Part shown: piece by piece, positions 50,581 through 61,094 of the stretch | Position numbering within the stretch: the stretch's first letter is position 1 | Layout: each line of letters begins with the position of its first letter | Position numbers and translations under genes: made by a program | Notes under the pieces: generated by a model | What the model saw: only the letters and a program-made list of their open reading frames with translations | Database searches by the model: none | What the model was told of the DNA's origin: nothing | From: Candidatus Bathyarchaeota archaeon | GTDB taxonomy: Archaea > Thermoproteota > Bathyarchaeia > Bathyarchaeales > Bathycorpusculaceae | DNA: 64,000 nucleotides | Assembly: GCA_963767735.1 (NCBI GenBank) | Contig: CAVYES010000006.1 | Location: 384,001 to 448,000 of the forward strand | Direction: 5' to 3'

Positions 50581-51174
50581 GTGGCTGCTAACACCCAATA
50601 TGAAGTTCCAACATGGAACCAGATATACGATATGTTGCTTGCCCAAGCCCAAAAAATCCAAGGCGACGGCTACAAACCAGACATTATTGTCGGCATCGCA
50701 AGAGGCGGATTAGTGCCCTCGCGCATCTTGGCGGATCTTCTGGAAACCAGGGGCTTCGCAATAATCACCATAGAATATTACGTTGGAATCGGCCAGAAAA
50801 ACAAAGAGCCAGTTTTAAAGCAGTGCCTCCACACTCAGCTGCCAGACAAAAAAGTGTTGTTGGTTGATGATGTCTCTGACGGAGGCAGGAGCCTGCAGCT
50901 TGCAAAAAAACATCTGCAAGAGCAGGGCGCAAAAGAAATCAGAATAGCTACTGTGTACTGCAAACCCGGAACCATAACCCTGCCCGATTATTTCGAGAAA
51001 GAAACCAGCCACTGGATAGTTTTTCCATGGGAAGCCAAAGAAACGATGGCAAAAATCACGCAGAAAACCGAGGGGAAACGTGCCGCAAGCCGGGAAATCG
51101 CAAATCTTGTAAAATCGGGCTTGCCAAGGCAGTTGGCTGAAAAACTGCTAAACGACGGCGACAGGAGCCAATAA
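50581..51174 (+). CDS. Purine phosphoribosyltransferase (HPRT/Gpt-like)
   Basis: GIARGG, VLLVDDVSDGGRS, WIVFPWE. Confidence 0.9.
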   Translation: MAANTQYEVPTWNQIYDMLLAQAQKIQGDGYKPDIIVGIARGGLVPSRILADLLETRGFAIITIEYYVGIGQKNKEPVLKQCLHTQLPDKKVLLVDDVSDGGRSLQLAKKHLQEQGAKEIRIATVYCKPGTITLPDYFEKETSHWIVFPWEAKETMAKITQKTEGKRAASREIANLVKSGLPRQLAEKLLNDGDRSQ

Positions 51175-51740
51175 TGCAGTATCTCTTAGAGGAATACGGC
51201 AAATACGTGGAAATAACAGGGTACAAAAACGTAATATTCGAGAAGGCAGAAGCGTTCCTTAAAGCAAACCGAAAAGAAACCCTACAAACCGTTGATGTCC
51301 AATTCTTCGACGCTCAATTAATCGCCACACAAGAGCACCTATATTTTGCAGCCCTAAACGCGCTGCTGGCTTTCCGTAACAAAACAAATATTTCTAAAAG
51401 CCTAGCCATGGAAACAATGCTTTTTGCTTCCGCTCAGCGGCAAATACAAAAAGCCATCCAACGCTGCGGCATCACACCCCAAACCGCAAGCATGGCAGTT
51501 ATAGTAATCGGCGACAAGTCAACCCAACTTAAAACCATGCTTGAGGCAATAAGCACCTGTTTTGGCTTGGTACCTGACGAGCAGGTACTGGAAATGTCGG
51601 ATTTTAAGGAACAAAAAATTGTTGAAACCTTTCAGATCACAGACCAAGAGCTCAAGGCTGTCATTAAAAACGGAAATCGTGAAGAGGCAGTGGTTAACTT
51701 AGTTATCGAGCGAGTAGCCCTGCTGGCAACTCAACTTTAA
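51174..51740 (+). CDS. cgi121: KEOPS complex subunit Cgi121
   Basis: QFFDA..I....HL..A...A...NISKSLAME.MLFASAQRQI..AI...G. Confidence 0.88.
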   Translation: MQYLLEEYGKYVEITGYKNVIFEKAEAFLKANRKETLQTVDVQFFDAQLIATQEHLYFAALNALLAFRNKTNISKSLAMETMLFASAQRQIQKAIQRCGITPQTASMAVIVIGDKSTQLKTMLEAISTCFGLVPDEQVLEMSDFKEQKIVETFQITDQELKAVIKNGNREEAVVNLVIERVALLATQL

Positions 51741-51742
51741 GC

Positions 51743-52270
51743 CTACAGCATCTTCTCTTTAACAACCGCCAAGATGTCGCTGGGTTTAAGCAGTGACAAG
51801 CCCGTTAAAGCTCCAAGAACCTCAATCAGCAAGATTTTATCTGGGTTTTTTAGGTCTGCTTTGCGTTTGATATCTGACGCCGCTGCCTCGATAAGGTCTT
51901 TTGAGTGAATTGTGGTGAAGCGTTTTTCAACTGTGACTCGGAAAGATTCCTGCTCGCCGATTTTGGCGGCTAACTCTTGGGTTATGCGTTTAATTTCTTC
52001 CAAATCAGTTGGTACAACCCTTTCAATGGGCAAAATTCTTAGCGCGTAGCGGAACTCGTAGGGGCGCTCTTTGAGGATGGCACGCAATTTCTCTATAGCC
52101 AAGCAGGGCTCCAGCGTTGTTTTGCCGACGATTAAGCCCCTGATTTTAGTTTTGGCAACTTGCGCTTCAGCATCACCTAACTGTTCCTTGAGAAGATAAT
52201 GCAGTTCGTTACACATCGGCCGCTCGTTTCCACGTGAAGTGGTTGCTAATAAATTAAAGTCGTGAATCAT
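51743..52270 (-). CDS. THUMP domain protein (Tan1-like)
   Basis: FRVTVEKR...ADLKNPDKILLIEVLG. Confidence 0.88.
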   Translation of the reverse strand: MIHDFNLLATTSRGNERPMCNELHYLLKEQLGDAEAQVAKTKIRGLIVGKTTLEPCLAIEKLRAILKERPYEFRYALRILPIERVVPTDLEEIKRITQELAAKIGEQESFRVTVEKRFTTIHSKDLIEAAASDIKRKADLKNPDKILLIEVLGALTGLSLLKPSDILAVVKEKML

Positions 52271-52368
52271 ACTGAGTCTCCCGGAAGAGAAAGATGCGAC
52301 ATGTTATTTTTGCTTTACCTTACAACGTGTTTGGAAGCTTCTAACGACGACAAAACTCTGGAGTTATC

Positions 52369-52707
52369 TTAGTTTTCGCTTATTATCTTTTCAAACCATG
52401 GCTTGAGTTTAGGTATATCCGTGTTTACTGTGCTCCATACTCTTTTCAGATCTACTCCAAAGTACTCATGAATTACTTTATCTCGCATTCCAGCCATATC
52501 TTTCCGTGGTATTTGAGGGTAATTATTCTTGATTTCAAGCGGTATATTTTTTGTAGCTTCTCCGATGATTTCCAGTGCTCTAATAACTGCGTAAACTGTT
52601 TTCTTATCCTTTGAAAAGCTATCATAATCCATGTCTTTAACAAAACCGATGGCATCATTCATTGCATTTATTATGTCCTCAATGTAATCCAAGAACTCTT
52701 TTTTCAT
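52369..52707 (-). CDS. HEPN (DUF86/HepT) toxin
   Basis: LEIIGEATKNIP...GMRDKVIHEYFGVD (R-x4-H). Confidence 0.92.
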   Translation of the reverse strand: MKKEFLDYIEDIINAMNDAIGFVKDMDYDSFSKDKKTVYAVIRALEIIGEATKNIPLEIKNNYPQIPRKDMAGMRDKVIHEYFGVDLKRVWSTVNTDIPKLKPWFEKIISEN

Positions 52708-53012
52708 ATGGGTACAACTTCTTCCAAGACATGCTTTCCTATTCTTGGCTTAAGAGTATGTTTTTCTACCAAATCGACCTTAATTCCCAAAATATCACCC
52801 AGGTAATTTTCTATTCCAATGAAATCTAAAAGGCTTAAATCGGCTGTTTCTTCAAACTCCACTAAAATATCGAGGTCGCTTTGTTTTTTCTGTTCGCCTC
52901 TAACGTAGGAACCGAAAATGCCTATTTCTTTAATTTTATATTTTTGCCTCAATTCTTCTTTATGTTCAGCTAAAGTGCTTTTTATCTGCTCGAACGTTTT
53001 CATTCTGCTCAT
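52704..53012 (-). CDS. MNT antitoxin
   Basis: FGSYVRGEQKKQSDLDILV. Confidence 0.92.
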   Translation of the reverse strand: MSRMKTFEQIKSTLAEHKEELRQKYKIKEIGIFGSYVRGEQKKQSDLDILVEFEETADLSLLDFIGIENYLGDILGIKVDLVEKHTLKPRIGKHVLEEVVPI

Positions 53013-53444
53013 TTCTTATTCTACGGTTGATAAGTTAAGTCTTGCCGTTTATACGGCTTAAAATTGAGTTTGGCTTGGTGTGTACCAAGTTGATTTTTTG
53101 GCTTTTGTCTTAGACGTCTGTGTGTGATCAAGCTACCCTCCCGGTCTGCTAGATGCTTCTATTAGGCTTCAAATATGATTCAACATAGTTCAACATAGAC
53201 GCAACGTCGCGCACTTTCAACATGAATTGATGCTTTTTTAACATACGAGAACTGTAGAATGCGCTGTTTACCCTTTGTTAACCGTGGTAAGAAAAGTCGG
53301 TTCCAATCAGTTCACGATGATGTTGTGGGTGAGCACCTAAATTTGATGATTTCGCGTTGGAGTTGTGTTTTGGGGAAGTTTTATATTTGTCGAGTGCAGA
53401 CCTTACTTTGTAAGGTATTTAAGTCTTACTTGATGGGGAAAAAC

Positions 53445-53906
53445 ATGACCTTGAGCTTTGGATACTTGACCGCTAAACAAAAAATGATCTGGGACCTAAA
53501 AAGCAGAGGACAACAAGAAGCCAGCATCGCAAGAAAACTCAACGTCACCCGCCAAACAATTCACAGCGTTCTAGACACAGCGAACCTCAAGATCGGCGAA
53601 GCCCTACAAGAGGTAGCAACAATCAACAAAATCGAAGTCGAAACCCTCGACCCAAACAGAGGATTCCTCAAAGGATACAGCAACCACTTCAAAACCCAAG
53701 CCTTCGTCACCTTCTCAGCCAAAAACGGTATCCAACTCTGGTACAAACACGAAGGCGACTGCGAAAAATGCAATAAACTCCAAACCTGCAGAGACACGTT
53801 GCTTGTGGAGGCAAAAGACCGCAACTTCCTACTGCTGGATGATACGAGCAAGATTTTGCCCTCCAAACTTGCAGAAGCCCTATTCGCAAAAATAACAGGT
53901 GAATAG
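53445..53906 (+). CDS. Sigma70-region-4/LuxR-like HTH regulator with C-terminal H-x3-C-x2-C-x5-C metal site
   Basis: LTAKQKMIW...EASIARKLNVTRQTIH HTH; WYKHEGDCEKCNKLQTC. Confidence 0.75.
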   Translation: MTLSFGYLTAKQKMIWDLKSRGQQEASIARKLNVTRQTIHSVLDTANLKIGEALQEVATINKIEVETLDPNRGFLKGYSNHFKTQAFVTFSAKNGIQLWYKHEGDCEKCNKLQTCRDTLLVEAKDRNFLLLDDTSKILPSKLAEALFAKITGE

Positions 53907-53908
53907 AC

Positions 53909-55441
53909 ATGGGTATTCGTAAAAGACTTAAAGATTTTAGAAATTGGTGCCCTCAACCGCCAGACCGCTTGCCCACCCAACTGAGAAGGTATTATGTGCC
54001 CATTGCCGCCATAGTTACAGCAAGCATTATTCTGTCCGTTTCATTCTTCGCTTTTTCAGGCTTAATGTCTAACATGTCGGTTCCCGTGATTCCCTTAGTT
54101 AACGTTGGCTCATCGACTAACCCTACTCTACTCTGGAACTATACCACTGGCAACTTAGTTTATTCGCCTCCCACCATCAACAACGGAGTACTCTACGTAA
54201 GCTCCTTAGACGGAAACATTTATGCCTTAAACGCTACCAACGGGGCGAAAATTTGGAATTTCACAACTAGCGGTCAGGTTTTTGCGAGTCCTGATGTTGT
54301 CGATGGTGTCGTTTACGTAGGCTGCGCTGTGCTCCCACCGCCTAGTGAGTTAGGCACTTTAACAACGGGGGGCGCCGTATATGCTTTGAACGCTACTAAC
54401 GGTGTCCAACTCTGGAAATATGTCACCAGTGGCTATGGTGTTTCTTCATGTCCAGTTGCTATCGGTGGTGTTGTCTATGTTGGCTCATGGGACGGTAACA
54501 TCTATGCTTTGAACGCTACAAGCGGCGCCAAGCTTTGGAATTATAATACAGGTGGAGCTGTTTATTCTTCTGCTGTCGCTGGCGGCATAATCTACGTTGA
54601 CTCTTCTGACGACAATGTATACGCTCTTAACGCTACCAACGGTGATAGACTCTGGAACTGCCTCACAAGCAGCGCATTACTGATCAGTTGGGGGGGCGTG
54701 CTATATCCGATTTGGTCATCTCCTGTCGTTGTCGGCGCAGCGGTCTACGTATGCAGCGACAATGGTACCGTCTACGCCTTGAATGCTGAAAGTGGCACGC
54801 TTCTTTGGAATTACAACACCACCCGCATTGAGCCATACTATCAAGTTACGATTTTGTCATCTCCTAGCGACGTCAGCGGAGTACTCTACCTAAGCTCCCA
54901 AGACGGAAACATTTATGCTTTGAACGCCACCAACGGCGTAAAAATCTGGAACACCACCAGCGGTGAATTCGATACCTTGTTCAGCACATCTCCTGCCGTT
55001 GTTGGTGGCGTGATTTACGCAAGTTCCTATGATACCTTAGGAAATGGCACTTTGTGTGCTTTGAACGCTATCGACGGTGACCAACTCTGGAACTTCACTA
55101 TTCCAAACAGTTACTACCTGACTACATCTCCTACCTTCTTTAACGGAGTAGTTTATGCAGGCTGCGCCAACAGCGTTTATGCATTAAGAGTTGCGTCTCC
55201 GACGCCTTCACCAACGCCGCCACCTTCAACCGCTATTTCGAACACCCAACTCATAATCATCGGAGGGTTAGTTGCAGTGATAATTGCTGCTACAATGGTT
55301 CTTTTAATGTTTAAAAGGAGACTTAAAATCAAAAGCGCAAGCCCACCGTCTACAACACATAACTCCATCAATTTCATCTGTTCAAATTCACAGAGCTACT
55401 ATGTTTGGAAACCTTCTTCACAAAAATACACGGGCGAATAG
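53909..55441 (+). CDS. PQQ-like beta-propeller surface protein with WCP leader
   Basis: Leader + TM, repeated YALNATNG..LW blades, P/T linker, C-terminal TM. Confidence 0.9.
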   Translation: MGIRKRLKDFRNWCPQPPDRLPTQLRRYYVPIAAIVTASIILSVSFFAFSGLMSNMSVPVIPLVNVGSSTNPTLLWNYTTGNLVYSPPTINNGVLYVSSLDGNIYALNATNGAKIWNFTTSGQVFASPDVVDGVVYVGCAVLPPPSELGTLTTGGAVYALNATNGVQLWKYVTSGYGVSSCPVAIGGVVYVGSWDGNIYALNATSGAKLWNYNTGGAVYSSAVAGGIIYVDSSDDNVYALNATNGDRLWNCLTSSALLISWGGVLYPIWSSPVVVGAAVYVCSDNGTVYALNAESGTLLWNYNTTRIEPYYQVTILSSPSDVSGVLYLSSQDGNIYALNATNGVKIWNTTSGEFDTLFSTSPAVVGGVIYASSYDTLGNGTLCALNAIDGDQLWNFTIPNSYYLTTSPTFFNGVVYAGCANSVYALRVASPTPSPTPPPSTAISNTQLIIIGGLVAVIIAATMVLLMFKRRLKIKSASPPSTTHNSINFICSNSQSYYVWKPSSQKYTGE

Positions 55442-55443
55442 GA

Positions 55444-56788
55444 ATGGGTTTGCATAAGAGATTTAGGGATTTTAGGGATTGGTGTCCTCAGCCACCAGAT
55501 CGTTTGCCTAGAAGACTGAAACAGTATTCTGTTCCAATCACTATCCTGCTCACGGTAACCCTTTTCGCTGCTTCATTTTCAATTTTCTACTCAGGCAGCA
55601 TGTTCCACCCTTCCATACCACTGGCGCCCGCAATACCTATGAGCGCTATCGCTCAATCTTCGAGCACCTTTTACATTGGGCCTTCAAATACCATTTACAT
55701 TAGACCAGATGGAAGCATAGATCCTTCAACAGCGCCTATAAAACGAGTAGGAAACGTCTACACACTTACAGACAACATAGCTAACAACAATGGGACCGCA
55801 ATCGAGGTTCAGAAGGATAACATCGTTATTGACGGAGCGGGCTTTACGCTTCAAGGTCCAGGAACTCCACTTCCCCTGACTGATGAACTTACCGGTGGTA
55901 TTGGCATCGATATTTCAAATGGAAACAACGTTACAGTAGAAAATTTTCTGATTACCAACGCTTTGGTTGGTATCGAACTTGAAAACAGTGCCAACTCACA
56001 ACTAATCCAAAACAACATAACAACCTACTCGTATGAAAATGGCATCGATGTTTTTAACTCCTCAAACAACGCGATATCCAACAATAACATCGTCTCGTAT
56101 GCTAACCTTGATGGTTGCCAAAACAACGGCATTAGACCTGAGCAATTCTTTTAACAACACAGTTTCCAAAAACAACGTGGTAGGAAGCTGGATAGGTATC
56201 TACTTGGGGATACAAATAGCAGTGTTGTTTCTGGGAACAGCGTTACCCAAAGTTGCACGGGAATAGGTCTCTTTGCTTCTGATGCTAACCAAGTGTTTGG
56301 AAACAACGTGTTTGGAACAGTCGAAGCTATCTCTCACTGGAGATTATCCTGATTCTGGAACAGGCATAACACTCTACGATAAAGCAGACTATAACCAAGT
56401 TTACGGAAACAACCTCATCAACAACGGTAATGGCATGAATGTGTGGTTTGGTTCTTCAAACAATACAATATACGATAACAATTTTGAAAAAAACCAGTTC
56501 GGTCAAGTAAACCTCTCACAGGAATCTGGAGTAAGCAACTTTTGGGACAACGGTACAATAGGTAATTACTGGAGCGATTATCATGGGCAGGGAACATACG
56601 TCATTGATAACAATAACGTTGACTACCATCCGCTTACGCATTCGACGCTGCTTTCTGCTATACTGCCGATTGCCACTATTGCCACCGTTGCATCCGTGGT
56701 GGCTCTTGTTTCCTCACTGTTGCTTTATAGAAGGTATCGAAAGAGGCAAGTAAACGAGCAAAAACAAATTGAAACTCGGGTGAGTTGA
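55444..56788 (+). pseudogene. NosD/CASH beta-helix surface protein with WCP leader, three frameshifts
   Basis: TIYIRPDGSIDP, NIVIDGAG, WDNGTIGNYWSDY; frame changes near 56135, 56208 and 56330. Confidence 0.75.
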
Positions 56789-56789
56789 A

Positions 56790-59591
56790 ATGGGTCTGCG
56801 TAAAAGGTTTAGGGATTTTAGGGATTGGTGTCCTGAGCCACCAGACCGATTTCCTGCAAAATTGAAACGATATTCCATGCCCATCGTTGCGGTGGTAACG
56901 GTAACCCTTATTTTGTCCATGTCATTTTTCGTGTTTTCATCAAGCTTAATATCTAATCCGACCGTTCCAATCGTGCCCTTAGCCAATGGACAAAGCACTT
57001 GGAGTAGGCAGACTGTATCGACCGATGATACCTTCGGAGCAATCTACATGGCTTTGGACTCAAACAACAATCCGCACGAAGTCTATACTGGAGCAAATGG
57101 CTTAATGTATTATGCGAGTTGGGACGGTTCAAGCTGGGAAATTCAAAGTGTCATCCAAGGAGGCACCCCAGACAGTCTCGTATTGGACTTAAACAATAAC
57201 CCACATATACTCTACAAAGGGGCTAACGGGGTAACATATTATGCAAGCTGGGACGGGTCGAACTGGAACTTTCTAACTGTACCAACAGGCTACGGATACT
57301 CTCTTGCTTTGGATTCAGAGGGCAACCCACATTTAGCTTATGAAAACGTTTTGCCAGTTTCAGAGTATCCTTCGGGAATTACCAATGATATTTCTATGTT
57401 GAATTATGCAAGTTGGAATGGCTCAGGCTGGAGCGTTCAAACGGTTGACGAACCGATAAGCTATACTGACAGTATTTATTTGGCTTTAGATCAAAGCAAT
57501 AACCCGCACATAATGTACGGCTACGATACTTATTATCCGCCGAATGGTGGTGAGCTATTTGCAGTGAAGTTCGCTGTCTGGAATGGCTCAGGTTGGAACA
57601 TTCAAACAGTCTTCTCCAATTTGGGTTATTTCGGAGACCTGGTTTTAGATTCGAGTGGTTATTCCCACTTTATTTACTCGAAAGATTCTTCATTGATGTA
57701 TGCAAGCTGGAACGGGTCAGTTTGGAATACACAAACTGTTATTTCGAATAATAGCTACGGCAACCCCAGCCTCGCGTTAGACTCGCACAATGACCCAAGT
57801 ATCGAGTTCTTCAACGGCTCTTTAATGTATACTAGCTGGACAGGTGCAGGCTGGAATATTCAAACTGTCGCCCCAAGCAACTTCGCTTACGCAGCGGGTC
57901 CTTTAGCGTTAGACTCTAACGGTAACCCGATTATCTGCTACTGGGTGGATGACATACGCAACACCACAGCTTTTGTCAGCCAATTAATTATTACCTCACC
58001 CACGCCTTTGCATGCTACACAGGCCCCTAAGCCTTCGCCCACTACACTTAAAACGTTGCCACCCACTTCAGTCTCAGTTACCAAACTCTGGGACTTTACA
58101 CCTGCCCAAAGTGAAATCATTTCTTCAGTTACGGCAAATGGCAATATTTACTTTACATCTGGGAACAGCGGCGCGCCTCCTGCGACCTTGTATTGCCTTG
58201 ACGCTTCCACTGGCGCCCAAATCTGGAACCAAACGGGCATCTTGAACGGATTTACGGTTGCAAACAGGTATGTCTACGTTGACGAGGGTTTGCCAGGTGC
58301 AGTTGCGTGCTTGAACGCTTACACGGGTGTCCAACTCTGGAATTATTCTTTCGGAACAGATTTTGGCACTCCTACGGTAGATGGAGGCATAGTCTATGTT
58401 GGAGGACAAAGCTACACATTGTCAACGGATGCAGATGTTGGCTGCGTTTATGCTTTCAATGCTTTAACTGGAGCAGTAGTTTGGAACTTCACAGGTTCAG
58501 CGCAGACTCGCTTTGACTTAAGTCCCTTAGTTGTTGCAGGTGAAAGCGTTTATGCCGTTAGCGCGTTCCTGTCAGATTACGACAGCTCTTGGCATGGTGC
58601 TGTTTACGCGTTAGATGCTTCCACAGGAAAAGAACTATGGAATTACACAGCCCTTAGTGATTTTAGTTCAGTTGTTGCTAGTGGCCAAGAAGTCTACATT
58701 AGTTCTAGCTTTGTTGACACTACCAACTACGTAAATACTGAGAACGTCAACGGAAAAATCTATGAAGGCGGCATTCTTTCCCTCAACGCATTTAATGGGG
58801 CAAAAGTTTGGAACTATCCAACCGACAGTTCTGTTGAGTCTCTTATTGTCGCCAATGACACGGTTTATGCAGACTCCGGTGACGGTATCGTATATTCTTT
58901 TGATGCTTCAAACGGTATGGCGAACTGGAATTATGCTGCCGGGACAGGTATAGGCTCTCTCATCTTAGTTAATGGCTACCTTTATGCAGGCTCCTCCTCG
59001 GGCGTCTACTGCTTCGATTCAACCAATGGCAAAATTATTTGGAACTTCGCAACCAGCGACTTTACTGATTCGTCCACCACTTATCCGACGTATGCTGATG
59101 GTTTAATTTATTTGGGGTGGAATGGTCCCATGTTTTTCTCGCCTGCAACTCAGCATGACTTCTACGCTCTTGATGCATGGACTGGTCAAAAACTTTGGAA
59201 CTATACACTGGACTATACAGTTTCATCTTCTCCTGTAGTTGCAGGTGGCACCGTTTACATAGGCGGCAATTTCGTGAGCACTAAAAGCCCAGATTATGAA
59301 GGACCAGGCGCTGTTTTAGCTCTAAAAACAAATGCTGCATCTTTGCCGTTTACACAGCCGCCATCATCTTCAACTTCAACATCATCAACGCCCCAAACTC
59401 AAGATTTGTTAAATCCTGTTCTACTTGCTTCTCTGACTGTAATTGTGGTTGTCATTGCTGTTATGGCTGTTCTACTTTTAAGACACAGGAAAATGACTAA
59501 CAAGACTTCTCCAAGTCCTGATCTATCATCCAAATTTTTTCAGAAAACATGGTTCTCAAAAATCAGGGGAGTTAAAAATGGGTTTGCGTAG
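56790..59591 (+). CDS. Two-propeller surface protein (ALDS.G.PH repeats + PQQ-like repeats) with WCP leader
   Basis: Repeated LALDSxxNPHI...YASWxGSxW then LDAxTG..LW blades; C-terminal TM. Confidence 0.9.
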   Translation: MGLRKRFRDFRDWCPEPPDRFPAKLKRYSMPIVAVVTVTLILSMSFFVFSSSLISNPTVPIVPLANGQSTWSRQTVSTDDTFGAIYMALDSNNNPHEVYTGANGLMYYASWDGSSWEIQSVIQGGTPDSLVLDLNNNPHILYKGANGVTYYASWDGSNWNFLTVPTGYGYSLALDSEGNPHLAYENVLPVSEYPSGITNDISMLNYASWNGSGWSVQTVDEPISYTDSIYLALDQSNNPHIMYGYDTYYPPNGGELFAVKFAVWNGSGWNIQTVFSNLGYFGDLVLDSSGYSHFIYSKDSSLMYASWNGSVWNTQTVISNNSYGNPSLALDSHNDPSIEFFNGSLMYTSWTGAGWNIQTVAPSNFAYAAGPLALDSNGNPIICYWVDDIRNTTAFVSQLIITSPTPLHATQAPKPSPTTLKTLPPTSVSVTKLWDFTPAQSEIISSVTANGNIYFTSGNSGAPPATLYCLDASTGAQIWNQTGILNGFTVANRYVYVDEGLPGAVACLNAYTGVQLWNYSFGTDFGTPTVDGGIVYVGGQSYTLSTDADVGCVYAFNALTGAVVWNFTGSAQTRFDLSPLVVAGESVYAVSAFLSDYDSSWHGAVYALDASTGKELWNYTALSDFSSVVASGQEVYISSSFVDTTNYVNTENVNGKIYEGGILSLNAFNGAKVWNYPTDSSVESLIVANDTVYADSGDGIVYSFDASNGMANWNYAAGTGIGSLILVNGYLYAGSSSGVYCFDSTNGKIIWNFATSDFTDSSTTYPTYADGLIYLGWNGPMFFSPATQHDFYALDAWTGQKLWNYTLDYTVSSSPVVAGGTVYIGGNFVSTKSPDYEGPGAVLALKTNAASLPFTQPPSSSTSTSSTPQTQDLLNPVLLASLTVIVVVIAVMAVLLLRHRKMTNKTSPSPDLSSKFFQKTWFSKIRGVKNGFA

Positions 59592-61092
59592 GAGATTTAG
59601 GGATTTTAGGGATTGGTGTCCACAACCGCCCAATCCTCTACCCACTAATCTTAAGCGGTATTCTGCTACAATCGCAGTTGTGCTGGCGGTTACTGTTCTT
59701 TCAGCAGCACTGTTTACGGTTTCGTCAAGTTACCTTTTAGGCTCTTCGGTGAAAACGCTACCAATTTTACCGCTGTCTGCGCAGAAGACGTCTGCCTCAC
59801 CTAATATAGCGCAACTCTGGAACTTATCAATAGGTTTGCAGAGTGGTTCGCCTACCTTTTCCAACGGCTACCTCTACGCAGAATCCGCTGTGTTAAACGG
59901 CAATGCTTATTGCCTTAACGCTTCAACAGGCACCCAAATATGGAGTTTCCCGCTAGGGGACACAGACCTTAGCAGCTTTTTTCCTTATGGTTTTATCTTT
60001 TCGCCAGTTGTTTCAGGAGCATACGTTTACGCGGGCGCTTCAATTGCCATTAACATTGGGTATTACGACGTCATCTATTGCCTAAACGCATTAACAGGAG
60101 CTGAATTGTGGAACTTCACTTATGGGCCATCCACAGCTAACTATGCTCCTGCAGTGGCTAATGGGTACGTTTACGCTGTTTCGGGTTTTCCAAGTAAAGT
60201 TGACGTTTACGCGCTCAATGCTGCAACAGGAGCCTCAGTATGGAACTTCACTACGGGCGCCACTATTGAATCGTCGCCAACTGTAGCAAATAACGTGCTG
60301 TACGTTTCATCAGGCAGCACAGTTTTTGCTCTAAATGGCGTAACTGGAACGGAGATATGGAATTACCCCACGGGCAATACTGCTGCATCTGCCACTATCA
60401 GCAACGGCGTAGTTTACTTTGCGTCTGGAAACCTTCTCTATGCCCTTGACGCTGAAAGCGGAACGCAAATCTGGAATGCATCAACGCCTCAAACAATCGC
60501 AACGGATTCTCCCCCTGCAGTAGCCAACAACTTGGTCTATGTAAGCTCCAATGACACAGTCTATTGCTTTTACACTTTGTCAGGTGCCCAAGCATGGAAC
60601 CAAGCAACCGCTGGGACAGCAACCTCTCCCGTAATCTCAAGCGGTAACGTTTACCTCGGTTCCAATGGCGTCAGCGTTTACTGTCTGAACGCCTCAACGG
60701 GAGACAAAGCATGGAACGTCACAGCTTTACCACATCTAACTGCAATGTACATGGATTTCACAGAGAACCAGATATTTCCAGGCATGGGGCCAATTCAAGG
60801 CGGTCCAATCCTGTACTCTCCCACTGTCGTCAACGACACCGTGTACATAAGCCTAAGTGCCTCAGCTTTTACTAGTCCAAATGGAGGAGACGTTACTAAC
60901 GTGGGTATCATTTTTGCGTTAGGACCTGCAACAACTCTTACCCCTTCACCTACGCCATCTCCCTCACCTACGTCATCTAACAATCTAACCATTATAATCG
61001 GAGTGGTAGTTGCAGTCGTTATTGTTGCCGCATTGGTATTCTTAATGTTCCTGCGTAAGAAAGGATTTACGTCAAAAATTAGGAGTGAATAA
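59578..61092 (+). CDS. PQQ-like beta-propeller surface protein with WCP leader
   Basis: Leader + TM, YCLNASTG..W blades, PSPTPSPSP linker, C-terminal TM. Confidence 0.9.
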   Translation: MGLRRRFRDFRDWCPQPPNPLPTNLKRYSATIAVVLAVTVLSAALFTVSSSYLLGSSVKTLPILPLSAQKTSASPNIAQLWNLSIGLQSGSPTFSNGYLYAESAVLNGNAYCLNASTGTQIWSFPLGDTDLSSFFPYGFIFSPVVSGAYVYAGASIAINIGYYDVIYCLNALTGAELWNFTYGPSTANYAPAVANGYVYAVSGFPSKVDVYALNAATGASVWNFTTGATIESSPTVANNVLYVSSGSTVFALNGVTGTEIWNYPTGNTAASATISNGVVYFASGNLLYALDAESGTQIWNASTPQTIATDSPPAVANNLVYVSSNDTVYCFYTLSGAQAWNQATAGTATSPVISSGNVYLGSNGVSVYCLNASTGDKAWNVTALPHLTAMYMDFTENQIFPGMGPIQGGPILYSPTVVNDTVYISLSASAFTSPNGGDVTNVGIIFALGPATTLTPSPTPSPSPTSSNNLTIIIGVVVAVVIVAALVFLMFLRKKGFTSKIRSE

Positions 61093-61094
61093 AG

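Noticed and set aside
53259-53444. 62-aa N-terminal extension of the HTH regulator in the ORF track
   Set aside because: Reads like promoter DNA (TATA-like tracts); the domain starts at MTLSFGYLT.
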